Assembly (NCBI GenBank): GCA_016193045.1
Contig: JACPSW010000007.1
Location: 6,487 to 70,486, forward strand
Source: Candidatus Rokuibacteriota bacterium
Lineage (GTDB): Bacteria; Methylomirabilota; Methylomirabilia; Rokubacteriales; CSP1-6
Length of the DNA: 64,000 bases
Direction of reading: 5' to 3'
Below, in pieces: positions 28,933-38,420 of this stretch (position 1 is its first letter; each line of letters opens with the position of its first letter). The notes below the pieces were generated by a model, which saw nothing but the letters and a program-made list of their open reading frames with translations, did not search any database and was not told the DNA's origin. A program made the position numbers and the translations under genes.

Positions 28933-29368
28933 GGGCGTGGGCAGCCCCGATGGGATTGAAGACGGCCGTCCGCCGCTCCCACCTCACCCCGAGCCGGGTG
29001 AGGAGCTGCTCCATCGCCGGGTCGTCCGGGACGAGGAGGGCATCGGGCTCGAGGGCGAGCGAGAAATGGCGGTTGCCGACCTCGAAGGCGAGGCGGAGCG
29101 ACTCGACGTGATCGCGCGGGAAGACGGCGATGACCGGCTCGGGGACCGATTCCACCTCCAGATACCACTCGGGCTCCACCGCGAGGATCTGCCCCGCGTG
29201 CAGCACGCTCCCGGTCGGCAGCGCGAGGGCGACTTCCCGCCCCCTCACGGTCGTGAGCCTCCGCCGGACCCACCGCCGCTCCTCCCAGGTCAGCCCGAGC
29301 GTATCCCGCTCCTTCCCGGCAAGGCTCGTCGGCTCCACGCGCGCGTGCGGTTCACTGATGACCTTCAT
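28922..29368 (-). CDS. ureE: urease accessory protein UreE
   Basis: LTWEERR, AFEVGNRH, His-containing C-terminus. Confidence 0.9.
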   Translation of the reverse strand: MKVISEPHARVEPTSLAGKERDTLGLTWEERRWVRRRLTTVRGREVALALPTGSVLHAGQILAVEPEWYLEVESVPEPVIAVFPRDHVESLRLAFEVGNRHFSLALEPDALLVPDDPAMEQLLTRLGVRWERRTAVFNPIGAAHAHEP

Positions 29369-29369
29369 G

Positions 29370-31085
29370 TCAGAAGAGGAAGTAGCGCTGGGCCATGGAA
29401 AGGCTCCGCGCCGGCTCGCACGTGAGGAGCTCGCCGTCGGCGCGGACCTGGTAGGTCTCCGGGTCCACCTCGATGCGCGGGCAGTAGTCGTTGCCGACCA
29501 TCGCCCGCTTCGTGAGCCCCCGGCAGTTCTTCACCGCCGCCACCCGCTTCTGGAGCCCGAGGCGGGCCGCGACCCCGTCCTCCAGCGCCGCGCGGGAGAG
29601 GAAGGTCAGCCCCGTCGCGAACGGCGCGCGCCCGAAGGCACCGAACATCGGGCGGTAGAGCACCGGCTGGGGGGTGGGGATCGAGGCGTTCGGGTCCCCC
29701 ATGGCCGCCCAGGCGATGAACCCGCCCTTCACCACCAGCTCGGGCTTGACGCCGAAGAAGGCCGGCTTCCAGAGCACCAGGTCGGCGAGCTTCCCGACCT
29801 CGATCGAGCCGGCCTCGTGGGCGATCCCGTGGGTGATGGCGGGGTTGATCGTGTACTTGGCCACGTAGCGCTTCGCGCGGGCGTTGTCGTGGCGGCCGTC
29901 CCCCCGCAGCGGGCCGCGCTGACGCTTCATCTTGTCGGCGGTCTGCCAGGTGCGCGCGACCACTTCGCCGATGCGCCCCATGGCCTGCGAATCGGAGGAG
30001 AGCATGCTGATCGCGCCCAGATCATGGAGCACGTCCTCGGCGGCGATCGTCTCGGCCCGGATGCGCGACTCGGCGAAGGCCAGGTCCTCGGGGATCTTGG
30101 GGTTCAGGTGGTGGCAGACCATCAGCATGTCCAGGTGCTCGTCCATCGTGTTCACGGTGAACGGCATGGTCGGGTTCGTCGAGGACGGCAGGCAGTTCGG
30201 CTCCCCGCAGACGCGGATGATGTCGGGCGCGTGGCCGCCGCCGGCGCCTTCGGTGTGGTACGTGTGAATCGTCCGCCCCTTGAAGGCGCGAATCGAGTCC
30301 TCGACGAAGCCCGCCTCGTTCAGCGTGTCGGTGTGGATCGCCACCTGGACGTCGTGTTCCTCCGCCACCCCGAGGGCGCAGTCGATGGCCGCCGGCGTGG
30401 TCCCCCAGTCCTCGTGGAGCTTGAGGCCGATGGCGCCCGCCTCGATCTGCTCGCGCAGGGGCTGGGGGCGCGAGGCGTTGCCCTTGCCGAGGAAGCCCAG
30501 GTTCATCGGCAGGCCGTCGGCTGCCTCCAGCATGCGGTGGATGTTCCACGCTCCCGGCGTGCAGGTCGTCGCGTTGGTCCCCGTGGCCGGCCCGCTGCCG
30601 CCGCCGATCAGCGTGGTCACGCCGGCGGACAGCGCCTCCCAGGCGAGCTGAGGGCAGACGAAGTGGATGTGGGCGTCGATCCCGCCCGCCGTGACGATCC
30701 GCCCTTCGCCCGCAATGACCTCCGTGGCCGCGCCGATCACCATCCCCGGCGAGACCCCGGCCATCAGATCGGGATTGCCCGCCTTCCCGATCCCGACGAT
30801 GCGGCCGCCCCTGATCCCGATGTCCGCCTTGACGATCCCCCAGTGGTCCAGGATGAGGGCGTTGGTGACGACGCAGTCGAGCGCCCCCTCGGCCGCGGTG
30901 GCCCGGGCGGACTGCCCCATCCCGTCCCGGATCACCTTCCCGCCGCCGAACTTCACCTCGTCGCCGTAGACCGTGAAATCCCGCTCGACTTCGATGAGCA
31001 GCTCCGTGTCGGCCAGCCGGACCCGGTCGCCGACGGTGGGGCCGTAGAGATCCGCGTACTGCTTCCGCCCAAGCGTGAGACTCAT
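29370..31085 (-). CDS. ureC: urease subunit alpha
   Basis: [53 protein letters not shown]. The recognisable Ni-ligand motifs are all present. Confidence 0.98.
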   Translation of the reverse strand: MSLTLGRKQYADLYGPTVGDRVRLADTELLIEVERDFTVYGDEVKFGGGKVIRDGMGQSARATAAEGALDCVVTNALILDHWGIVKADIGIRGGRIVGIGKAGNPDLMAGVSPGMVIGAATEVIAGEGRIVTAGGIDAHIHFVCPQLAWEALSAGVTTLIGGGSGPATGTNATTCTPGAWNIHRMLEAADGLPMNLGFLGKGNASRPQPLREQIEAGAIGLKLHEDWGTTPAAIDCALGVAEEHDVQVAIHTDTLNEAGFVEDSIRAFKGRTIHTYHTEGAGGGHAPDIIRVCGEPNCLPSSTNPTMPFTVNTMDEHLDMLMVCHHLNPKIPEDLAFAESRIRAETIAAEDVLHDLGAISMLSSDSQAMGRIGEVVARTWQTADKMKRQRGPLRGDGRHDNARAKRYVAKYTINPAITHGIAHEAGSIEVGKLADLVLWKPAFFGVKPELVVKGGFIAWAAMGDPNASIPTPQPVLYRPMFGAFGRAPFATGLTFLSRAALEDGVAARLGLQKRVAAVKNCRGLTKRAMVGNDYCPRIEVDPETYQVRADGELLTCEPARSLSMAQRYFLF

Positions 31086-31453
31086 TTCGCCGCCCCCTGA
31101 AACCCCTCGCGCGCCGCGCGGCCCACGGCGCCCGCCCGCCCCGCGTCGCTCGCCGGCCCGTCGGTCAGGGCGTTCAGCCCGTACACCTCGCGGGCGCCGG
31201 CCAGCTCGACCAGCGTCACGCGCTTCTCGTCGCCGGGCTCGAAGCGGACCGCCGTCCCTGCCGGGATGTTGAGCCTCATCCCGAAGGCCCGGGCGCGGTC
31301 GAAGCGGAGCGCCTTGTTGGCCTCGAAGAAGTGAAAGTGCGAGCCGACCTGGATCGGGCGGTCGCCGGTATTGGCCACGGTCAGCTCGACGGTCCGGCGT
31401 CCGGCGTTGGCCACCACCGGCTCGTCGCTCAGGAGATATTCGCCAGGTATCAT
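31082..31453 (-). CDS. ureB: urease subunit beta
   Basis: [28 protein letters not shown]. Confidence 0.97.
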   Translation of the reverse strand: MIPGEYLLSDEPVVANAGRRTVELTVANTGDRPIQVGSHFHFFEANKALRFDRARAFGMRLNIPAGTAVRFEPGDEKRVTLVELAGAREVYGLNALTDGPASDAGRAGAVGRAAREGFQGAAK

Positions 31454-31465
31454 CGGAACCTCCGT

Positions 31466-31555
31466 CCCCCGCACCCTGCTCTCCCCCCCTCACCTTGATC
31501 CTCTCCCCCGCTGGGGAAGAGGGTGGGGTGAGGGGGAGAGATGAAGGTCAGGGGA
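31466..31555. repeat. REP-like CCCTCACC/CTCTCCC..GGGGAGAG palindrome (family copy 1)
   Basis: CCCCCTCACC...GGTGAGGGGG nested hairpin. Related copies at 43701, 53627 and 55248. Confidence 0.75.
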
Positions 31556-31858
31556 TCATCGTATCGGGTGGTGGATCGTGACCAGCTTCGTGCCGTCGGG
31601 GAAGGTCCCCTCGACCTGGACTTCCTCCAGCATCTCCGGGACGCCTTCCATCACATCGTCGCGGGTCAGGATTTTCACGCCCTCGGCCATGAGCTGGGAC
31701 ACCGACCGGCCGTCGCGGATCCCTTCGAGGACCTCCGCGGTGATGAGAGCGAGCGCCTCCGGATAGTTCAGCCGGAGGCCCCGCGCCCGGCGGCGGCGCG
31801 CGACCTCCGCGGCGGTGAAGATCAGCAGCTTCTCCTGCTCACGCGGCGTCAGATGCAC
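31556..31858 (-). CDS. ureA: urease subunit gamma
   Basis: [27 protein letters not shown]. Confidence 0.97.
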   Translation of the reverse strand: MHLTPREQEKLLIFTAAEVARRRRARGLRLNYPEALALITAEVLEGIRDGRSVSQLMAEGVKILTRDDVMEGVPEMLEEVQVEGTFPDGTKLVTIHHPIR

Positions 31859-31860
31859 GG

Positions 31861-31941
31861 TTACCTCGGAGGGGGGCTTCGCCCCCCTTCCGAATCCTCC
31901 CCCCTCGATCAGGATTGCGCGGGCAAAGCCCGCGCTCGAAC
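31861..31941 (-). repeat. two-hairpin dispersed element GTTCGAGCGCGGGCTTTGCCCGCGC...GGAAGGGGGGCG.AGCCCCCCTCCGAGG
   Basis: Closely similar copy at 63115-63187. Confidence 0.8.
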
Positions 31942-31960
31942 AGACCCGTAAGTGATGCCC

Positions 31961-32653
31961 CTACACGCTCAGAAACTGGCTCACCTCGTCCACGCGAAAC
32001 GCCCCCCGATCGCCCTCCAGGGCCACGCTGCCTTTTTCCATCACGTAGAAGCGGTCGCAGATCGCGCGGGCGAACTCGAGGTACTGCTCCACCAGAAGAA
32101 TGGACCGCGTTCGTTCTCCCTTGATCCGCTCGAGCACCGCGGCGATCTCCTCCACGATGGACGGCTGGATCCCCTCGGTGGGCTCATCCAGGAGAAGTAG
32201 CTTCGGATCCGAGATCAGCGCGCGGGCGATGGCCAGCTGCTGCTGCTGCCCCCCGCTCAGGTCCCCGCCGCGCTTGCCGAGCATCTGGGACAGCGCGGGG
32301 AAGAGGGACAGGACGTAGTCCAGGGACTCCGGCGGCGGCCGCTTCCGGCGCGCTCCCAGGACCAGGTTCTCACGGACGCTCAGGGACGGGAAGATCTCTC
32401 GCCCCTGGGGCACGTAGCCGATCCCCCGGCGCGCCCGCTCGTAGGGAGTCAGGCGATCGATCTCGTGCCCGTCGAAGACGATCGTGCCCCGGCGCGGCGC
32501 CAGGAGTCCCATGATGGTCCTGAGCAGGGTGGTCTTGCCGACGCCGTTACGCCCCATCACGCACACCACCTGGCCCTCCCCCACGGCGAGGCTCAGGCCC
32601 GTGAGAATGGGGCTTTCGCCATAGGAGACGTCGATGGCGTTGACGGCTAGCAT
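31961..32653 (-). CDS. urtE: urea ABC transporter ATP-binding subunit UrtE
   Basis: GRNGVGKTT, YVPQGREIF, LSGGQQQQL, DEPTEGIQP. Confidence 0.93.
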   Translation of the reverse strand: MLAVNAIDVSYGESPILTGLSLAVGEGQVVCVMGRNGVGKTTLLRTIMGLLAPRRGTIVFDGHEIDRLTPYERARRGIGYVPQGREIFPSLSVRENLVLGARRKRPPPESLDYVLSLFPALSQMLGKRGGDLSGGQQQQLAIARALISDPKLLLLDEPTEGIQPSIVEEIAAVLERIKGERTRSILLVEQYLEFARAICDRFYVMEKGSVALEGDRGAFRVDEVSQFLSV

Positions 32654-33432
32654 GGCGCCTCCGCCTCCGCGCTCACCGTGCCACGGCCCAGGTACGCCTC
32701 GATCACCCGCTCGTCGGACTGCACCCGATCGATGGAGCCCTCCGAGAGCACGCTTCCCTCGTGGAGCACCGTCACCCGGTGGCCGCGGCCGGCGATCTGC
32801 CGGACGAACTGCATGTCGTGCTCGATGAGCATGACGGTGCAGGTCGAGCGCTGTACGATCGACTCCATCAGGGCGACGGTCTTCTCCTTCTCCGCCCTCG
32901 TCATCCCGGCCACGGGCTCGTCGAGGCGGAGGAGCGTCGGCTCCTGGAGGAGCAGCATGGCGATCTCCAACCACTGCTTCTGGCCGTGCGAGAGGGTCCC
33001 GGCCCGCGCGCGCGCCTGCTGGAGCAGCCCGACCTGCTCCAGCACCCGGGCGATGCCATCCAGCTCCGGCGAAGCCGCGCGGGCGGCGAGGGTGGCCAGG
33101 AACCGCTTGCGACCGGAGGAGAGCACCATGTTCTCGAAGACGGTGTGATCCGGGAACACGGAGGGAGTCTGGAACTTCCGGATCACGCCGTGGTTGGCGA
33201 TGGCATGCTCGCTCAACCCGAGCAGATCCACGTGATCCTTGAAGAGGACGCGGCCATGGTCCGGTTTGACTTGGCCCGTGAGCGCGTCGAACAGCGTGGT
33301 CTTCCCCGCCCCGTTGGGGCCGATCAGCAGGCGGATCCGCTCCTGCCGCTCCAGGATGAGGTTGAGGGTTCTCAACGCGAGAAACCCGTCGAACGAGACG
33401 CTGAGGCCTTCCACGTACAGCAGCGTGTCCAT
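32647..33432 (-). CDS. urtD: urea ABC transporter ATP-binding subunit UrtD
   Basis: VSFDGF, GPNGAGKTT, RKFQTP, LSHGQKQWLEI, DEPVAGM. Confidence 0.93.
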   Translation of the reverse strand: MDTLLYVEGLSVSFDGFLALRTLNLILERQERIRLLIGPNGAGKTTLFDALTGQVKPDHGRVLFKDHVDLLGLSEHAIANHGVIRKFQTPSVFPDHTVFENMVLSSGRKRFLATLAARAASPELDGIARVLEQVGLLQQARARAGTLSHGQKQWLEIAMLLLQEPTLLRLDEPVAGMTRAEKEKTVALMESIVQRSTCTVMLIEHDMQFVRQIAGRGHRVTVLHEGSVLSEGSIDRVQSDERVIEAYLGRGTVSAEAEAPC

Positions 33433-34572
33433 TTAGAGCGGGTGCCCTTCCACCTTCGATGCCGGAGCGACCCCCAGCGTCGTCAGAAAGATCCGCCTGC
33501 CCTTCCCGAGGGATCGGAGCTTGTTCCCGAGCCCGACGAGTCCCTGCGGGAAAAACAGGATGACGGTCACGAACAGGCCGCCCAGGATGATCGGCCACAG
33601 GCTGGGATACGTGGCGGTCAGCACGCTCCGGAGCCAGTTGATGGAGATCGCCCCGAGCAGAGCGCCCCACAGCGTCCCCCGGCCGCCGAAGGCGACCCAG
33701 ATGACGATCTCCAGGGAGGGGAGCACCCCGACCTGGCTCGGCGTGATGATGCCGACCTGCGGGGCGTAGAGCAGCCCCGCGAGCCCGGCCAGCGCCGCGG
33801 AGACTGAGAAAACGAAAATCTTGTAACTCGCGACATTGTAGCCCAGAAACTCCAGCCGCCGCTCGTTGTCCCGGATGGCCTGGAGAACCAGCCCGGTCTT
33901 CGAGCGGACGAGCCACCGGCTCACCAGGAACGCCCCGACCAGCGCCGCCGCCGTGAAGATATAGAGGGCCCTGAGCGTCGCGGGCTGGCCCAGCGAGAAT
34001 CCCAGGATGGACTTGAAGTCGGTCAGGCCGTTGGTGCCTCCCAGCTTCATCTCATTGCGATTGAGCATCAGCCACACGGCGAAGGCGATGGCCTGGGTGA
34101 GGATGGCGAAGTAGGTCCCGCGGAGCCGCCGGCGAAAGGTCAGAAACCCAACGAGCGCGGCCAGGGCGGCCGGCAGCACAACCGAGGAACCCAGGGCGAA
34201 GACAAAGGACGTGTAGGGCTTCCAGAAGAGCGGAAGCTGGTAGACCTGGTTCCAGATCATGAAGTCGGGGACCGGCTCTCCGTACACGCCCTGGCCGGTC
34301 CCCTCCAGCATCATGTGCATCCCGATGGAGTAGGCCCCGATCCCGAAGAAGATGGCCTGGCCCAGTGAGAGGATCCCCGTGTACCCCCAGATGAGGTCCA
34401 TGCCCAGGGCCAGGATGGCGAGCGACAGGTACTTCCCGAAGAGGTTCAGGTAGTAGTCCGAGAGGAAACCCAGCGCGTTGGCCAGCGGGAGGACGACGAT
34501 GAACACGATCCCGAACAGCGCGAGCCACAGGAGGTGCGCGTCCCAGCTCCGCCGCCCCAGGGTGGGACCCAT
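33433..34572 (-). CDS. urtC: urea ABC transporter permease UrtC
   Basis: DLIWGYTGILSLG, PDFMIWN, GGTNGLTDF, GGRGTL. Confidence 0.93.
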   Translation of the reverse strand: MGPTLGRRSWDAHLLWLALFGIVFIVVLPLANALGFLSDYYLNLFGKYLSLAILALGMDLIWGYTGILSLGQAIFFGIGAYSIGMHMMLEGTGQGVYGEPVPDFMIWNQVYQLPLFWKPYTSFVFALGSSVVLPAALAALVGFLTFRRRLRGTYFAILTQAIAFAVWLMLNRNEMKLGGTNGLTDFKSILGFSLGQPATLRALYIFTAAALVGAFLVSRWLVRSKTGLVLQAIRDNERRLEFLGYNVASYKIFVFSVSAALAGLAGLLYAPQVGIITPSQVGVLPSLEIVIWVAFGGRGTLWGALLGAISINWLRSVLTATYPSLWPIILGGLFVTVILFFPQGLVGLGNKLRSLGKGRRIFLTTLGVAPASKVEGHPL

Positions 34573-34580
34573 GGGCGGGC

Positions 34581-36227
34581 TCAGGCGCCCTCGGCGGCGC
34601 GCCCCTTGGCGGGGAAGAAGCCCGTGGGCCTCCACTGGAGGAACCAGATCACGAGCGCGAGAATGGCGACCTTGGCGTAGATGGCGGCCGCGGTCCCCCC
34701 GATGGATGGCTCCAGGATCTTGTTCGACAGCCCGATGCCGAACGAGGCGACGACGGCCCCGAGGAGCTTCCCGACCCCGCCCAGCACGACCACCATGAAG
34801 GCATCCACGATGTAGGTCTTCCCGACCTCGGGATCCACCGTGCCGATCAGGGCCAGCGCGCACCCCGCCACCCCCGCCAGCGCCGTCCCCAGGGCAAACG
34901 TCAGGGCATCGATCCTCCGGGTGGACACGCCCAGGCACGAGGCCATCCCCCGGTTCTGCATCACGGCCCGCACGCGGAGCCCCGCGTAGGATCGCTGGAG
35001 CAGGAGATAGAGCGCCGCCAGCGCGAGGAGGGACAGCCCCACGATGAAGATCCGGCTCCAGGGGAAGATCAGTCCCCGCATCACCTCTACGCCGCCCCGA
35101 AACCAGCTCGGGGAGTTCACGCTCGTCTGGTCGCCGAAGTAGAGCCGGGCCGATTGCTGGAAGATCATCCCGATCCCCCACGTGACGATGAGCGTCTCCA
35201 GGGGCCGGCCGTAGAGGAAGCGGATGATGCCGCTCTCGATGGCGAGCCCCACCACCCCCGCGACGAGGAACGAGAGCGGCAGGGCCACGAAGAAGAAATA
35301 GTCCTGGTGGGCGGTGAAGCGCGCGGCGAAGATCTCCTGCACCACGTAGGCCGTGTAGGATCCGAGCATGAGCATCTCGCCGTGCGCCATGTTGATGATC
35401 CCCATCAGGCCGAAGGTCACGGCGAGCCCGAGGCTCATGATCAGCAGGACGGCCCCGAGGCTCACGCCGTTGAAGAGATAGCCGGTCAGGTTGCGCCAGG
35501 TGAGGAACACTTCGACGCGCCTGACGGCCGCCTGGGCGGCGCGCTTCACCTCCGCGTCCCCGTCCTGCGCCGCCACGACCCTGAGCTGAGCCAGGCCCGA
35601 CTCGGACCACGCCTGGCCCAGGAACTGCGCCGCCCGCGCGCGCGCGGGCGCGTCCGGGGACGAGAGGCTCAACCGGTTCAGCGCTTCCTGCATGACGCCT
35701 CTGACCCGCCGGTCCGTCTCCCGATCCAGGGCCTTCGCGAGCACCGGGATCGCGGAGAGGTCCCGCGAGTTCCCGAGCTTGAAAGCCGCCGACTGGCGCG
35801 CCTCGCGCTCCGCGCCGAAGACCTCGAGACGGTCGAGGAGGTTCTGGACGAGGCCGAAGAGCCGCTCTTCCAGGGCGATCGCCTCTTGCCCCTCGGCGGG
35901 CGAGACCGGCTGCCCGCGGTCATCCACGATCGGCTGCCCCGCCAGATCTTTCAGGGTGCCGTCATCCGCCAGGACGGTGAGCCGCGCCTTCCACCGATAG
36001 AGGGCCCCGTCCTTGAGCGCCCGCAGGAGGATCCCCACGGACGGGTCGCTGATCTCCCGCAGGGCGAGGATCGCCGCTTCCTGCGTGACCGGGGCCTCCA
36101 GGCGCGCGGGCAGCGAGGACAGGTCCGGGATCCCGGGCCCGGGGGCGGAGCCCGCCGCCGCGGGCCCGGGGATCGCCGGCAGAACCAGCAGAGCGAGAGA
36201 GACTACGACTGCTTTTCCGAGAGCCAC
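34581..36227 (-). CDS. urtB: urea ABC transporter permease UrtB (with N-terminal HEAT-like periplasmic domain)
   Basis: GLAVTFGLMGIINMAHGE, LYGRPLETL, FMVVVLGGVG. Confidence 0.92.
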   Translation of the reverse strand: MALGKAVVVSLALLVLPAIPGPAAAGSAPGPGIPDLSSLPARLEAPVTQEAAILALREISDPSVGILLRALKDGALYRWKARLTVLADDGTLKDLAGQPIVDDRGQPVSPAEGQEAIALEERLFGLVQNLLDRLEVFGAEREARQSAAFKLGNSRDLSAIPVLAKALDRETDRRVRGVMQEALNRLSLSSPDAPARARAAQFLGQAWSESGLAQLRVVAAQDGDAEVKRAAQAAVRRVEVFLTWRNLTGYLFNGVSLGAVLLIMSLGLAVTFGLMGIINMAHGEMLMLGSYTAYVVQEIFAARFTAHQDYFFFVALPLSFLVAGVVGLAIESGIIRFLYGRPLETLIVTWGIGMIFQQSARLYFGDQTSVNSPSWFRGGVEVMRGLIFPWSRIFIVGLSLLALAALYLLLQRSYAGLRVRAVMQNRGMASCLGVSTRRIDALTFALGTALAGVAGCALALIGTVDPEVGKTYIVDAFMVVVLGGVGKLLGAVVASFGIGLSNKILEPSIGGTAAAIYAKVAILALVIWFLQWRPTGFFPAKGRAAEGA

Positions 36228-37489
36228 ACGCGCTTTCCGCCGACCGTGTCGTAGGTGCCCTTGCCGCCCTTGCTCCAGTCGCAGCCGCGAGACGGGTACG
36301 TCACGGTGCTCCAGGGCTCCGGGCGCACCCAGCCCTTGGTCTTCCACGCCACCTCGAACTGGCCGTCCGCCCGGATCTTTCCGATATACACGGGCTTCCA
36401 CGTGTGGTGGTTCTGCTCGTCCACCTTGTACTTGCCCACTGGGCTCGGGACGTCGAGCCCCTCGAGGGCCTTCAGCACCCGGTCCACGTCGGTGGACTCC
36501 GCCTTGGAGACGGCCTTGGCCCAGAGCTTGACGTGGAGGTACGCGTGCATCATGGGGTCGTCGGTGACGGCCTGCTTGTCCGGGATCCCCCGCTGCTTGG
36601 CCCACTCCTTGTAGGCCTTGACCCACTTGAGGTTCTCGGGGGTCTTGAGCGACATGAAGTAGTTCCAGGAGGCGAGGTGGCCGACGAGCGGCTTCACGTC
36701 CAGGGTCTGGAGCTCCACCTCGGCGAAGCTGAACGACATGGTGGGCGTCCGGTCGGCGGTCACCCCCTGGTTGGCGAGCTCCTTGAAGAACGGGACGTTG
36801 CTGTCGCCGTTGATCGTGTTGATGACGGCCGCGTCGCCGGCGGCGCTGAAGCTCTTGATCTTCCCCACGACCGTCTGGTAGTCCTGGTGATGGAACGGGG
36901 TGTACTCCTCGGCGATGGCCGACTCCGGCACCTTCTTCACCTTCGTGAGGTAGAACTTCCTCTTGCCTCCGCCCTCGGGACTCATCAGGTAGTCGATGGC
37001 GGGCGTGGCCTGCTGGTTGATCGTCGCCCCGGTGTAGATCACGTTCTTGGAGCACTCCTCGCCCTCGTACTGCACGGGGTAGAAGAGCAGGCCGTTGTTC
37101 TTCTCGAAGACCGGCAGGACCGACTTCCGGCTCACCGAGGTCCAGCAGCCGAAGACGGCGGCCACCTTGTCCTGAAGCAGTAGCTTCTTGGACTTCTCGG
37201 CGAACAGGTCCCAGTTGGAGGCCGGATCCTCCACCATGGGCGCCACCTTGCGCCCCAGCACGCCGCCGGCCTTGTTGATCTCGTCGATGGCCATCAGGAC
37301 GATCTCCTTGATCGGCGCTTCGCTGATGGCCATGGTGCCGCTGAGCGAGTGCAGGATACCGACCTTGATGGGCCCCTTTTCCTGGGCCCGAAGGATCGCG
37401 GGAAAGGACAGTCCTCCCGCAATCCCGGCGCCCGCGATGCCGAGGGCCGAAGCCTTGAGGAAATCCCGACGGGTATGACCCTGCGTCAT
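36203..37489 (-). CDS. urtA: urea ABC transporter substrate-binding protein, Tat-exported, apparent internal deletion
   Basis: TRRDFLK Tat motif, GILHSLSGTMAISE, GCWTSVSRK, FYPVQYEG, NTINGDSN. Confidence 0.93.
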   Translation of the reverse strand: MTQGHTRRDFLKASALGIAGAGIAGGLSFPAILRAQEKGPIKVGILHSLSGTMAISEAPIKEIVLMAIDEINKAGGVLGRKVAPMVEDPASNWDLFAEKSKKLLLQDKVAAVFGCWTSVSRKSVLPVFEKNNGLLFYPVQYEGEECSKNVIYTGATINQQATPAIDYLMSPEGGGKRKFYLTKVKKVPESAIAEEYTPFHHQDYQTVVGKIKSFSAAGDAAVINTINGDSNVPFFKELANQGVTADRTPTMSFSFAEVELQTLDVKPLVGHLASWNYFMSLKTPENLKWVKAYKEWAKQRGIPDKQAVTDDPMMHAYLHVKLWAKAVSKAESTDVDRVLKALEGLDVPSPVGKYKVDEQNHHTWKPVYIGKIRADGQFEVAWKTKGWVRPEPWSTVTYPSRGCDWSKGGKGTYDTVGGKRVWLSEKQS

Positions 37490-37505
37490 GTGCTGCTCCT
37501 TTCGA

Positions 37506-37621
37506 CAAAAGGCGTTCTGGGCAAGAAGGAACGTTTTGGCCTCATCGCCCCTCCGCGCGCCCTTGCGCGATCGATCCACGGGTGAGTCGTTCGAGCCCGC
37601 CCTGACCGACTCCGCTGTCGG
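37506..37621 (-). promoter_or_regulatory. ANTAR-type RNA leader (hexaloop hairpins plus overlapping terminator-like stem)
   Basis: CCGAC-AGCGGA-GUCGG, CGCGC-AAGGGC-GCGCG and GGC-GAUGAG-GCC, followed by a CGUUC..GAACG stem and UUUU. Confidence 0.6.
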
Positions 37622-37645
37622 CGGTGCGCTTTGTAGTGACCAGTT

Positions 37646-37661
37646 AGCAAGCCACGTGCCG
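37646..37661 (-). promoter_or_regulatory. sigma-54 promoter of the urt-ure operon
   Basis: CGGCAC-gtggc-TTGCT (-24/-12). Confidence 0.8.
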
Positions 37662-37746
37662 TTGAACGGGAGGAGGGAATGGTTCGATTCCGTAGAGAAT
37701 TCAAGGGATTGCCCGGCGCGTCTATCCGGGATGAAACGGCGACGGC

Positions 37747-37792
37747 TGCCTGCTTCTTGGGCAAGCGCGCCGGGCTGCTAACGAATGCGGCA
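37747..37792. promoter_or_regulatory. tandem NtrC-type enhancer sites
   Basis: TGCCTGCTTCTTGGGCA and TGCTAACGAATGCGGCA (17 bp each, 29 bp apart). IHF-like ATTCAAGGGATT near 37699. Confidence 0.65.
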
Positions 37793-37795
37793 GGG

Positions 37796-38413
37796 CTACC
37801 GCGGGGCCGACTGCTCGCGGCGGGGATGCGTTCCTTCGAGGCGTTCGACCAGCAGGAGCGCCCGCGCGACCTCGACCATCGGCCTGCGGCTGTCCATGGC
37901 GGTCTTCTGGATCTTGCGGAAGGCCTCCGCCTCGCTCAGTCCGTGTCGGCTCATCAGGAGCCCCTTGGCGCGCTCGACCAGCTTGCGGGACTCCATGGCC
38001 TTCTTGAGATCCTCATTCTCCCGCCTGATGGCGTCCAGCTCGCGGAACCGACCCGCGGCCAGCTCCATGGCCGGCTCGAGCTCTTCGGGGCGGAGGGGCT
38101 TGACCAGAAACGCCATGATGCCCGCGTCACGGGCCCGCCGGACCACCCCCGCGTCCGTCCGGCTGGTCAGGAGCACGATCGGGCACGGCACCCGATCCAT
38201 CACCGCCCGCGCGGCCTCGACGCCGTCGCCGTCGCGCAGGCCGACGGCCAGAATCAGGACGTCGGGGCGGGAGCGCTCCGCCAGTTCCAGGGCCTCGCGG
38301 GTCGACCCTCCGGCGCCGACGATCACTCCCCCGAGGGCGGTGACTGCCTCCGCCACCGCGACCCTGGACGGGGCATGGTCATCGACGAGGAGAACGCGCC
38401 AGTGCGGCTTCAC
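37796..38413 (-). CDS. AmiR/NasT-like (pseudo)receiver-ANTAR antitermination regulator
   Basis: REC fold plus RKLVERAKGLLM..LSEAEAF..AM ANTAR signature. The phospho-acceptor position reads Ala (DVLILAV). Confidence 0.9.
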   Translation of the reverse strand: MKPHWRVLLVDDHAPSRVAVAEAVTALGGVIVGAGGSTREALELAERSRPDVLILAVGLRDGDGVEAARAVMDRVPCPIVLLTSRTDAGVVRRARDAGIMAFLVKPLRPEELEPAMELAAGRFRELDAIRRENEDLKKAMESRKLVERAKGLLMSRHGLSEAEAFRKIQKTAMDSRRPMVEVARALLLVERLEGTHPRREQSAPR

Positions 38414-38420
38414 GCCGGCA

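Noticed and set aside
31466-31941. Clustered palindromes as a CRISPR array
   Set aside because: There is no regularly spaced repeat-spacer structure and no cas gene in the window.
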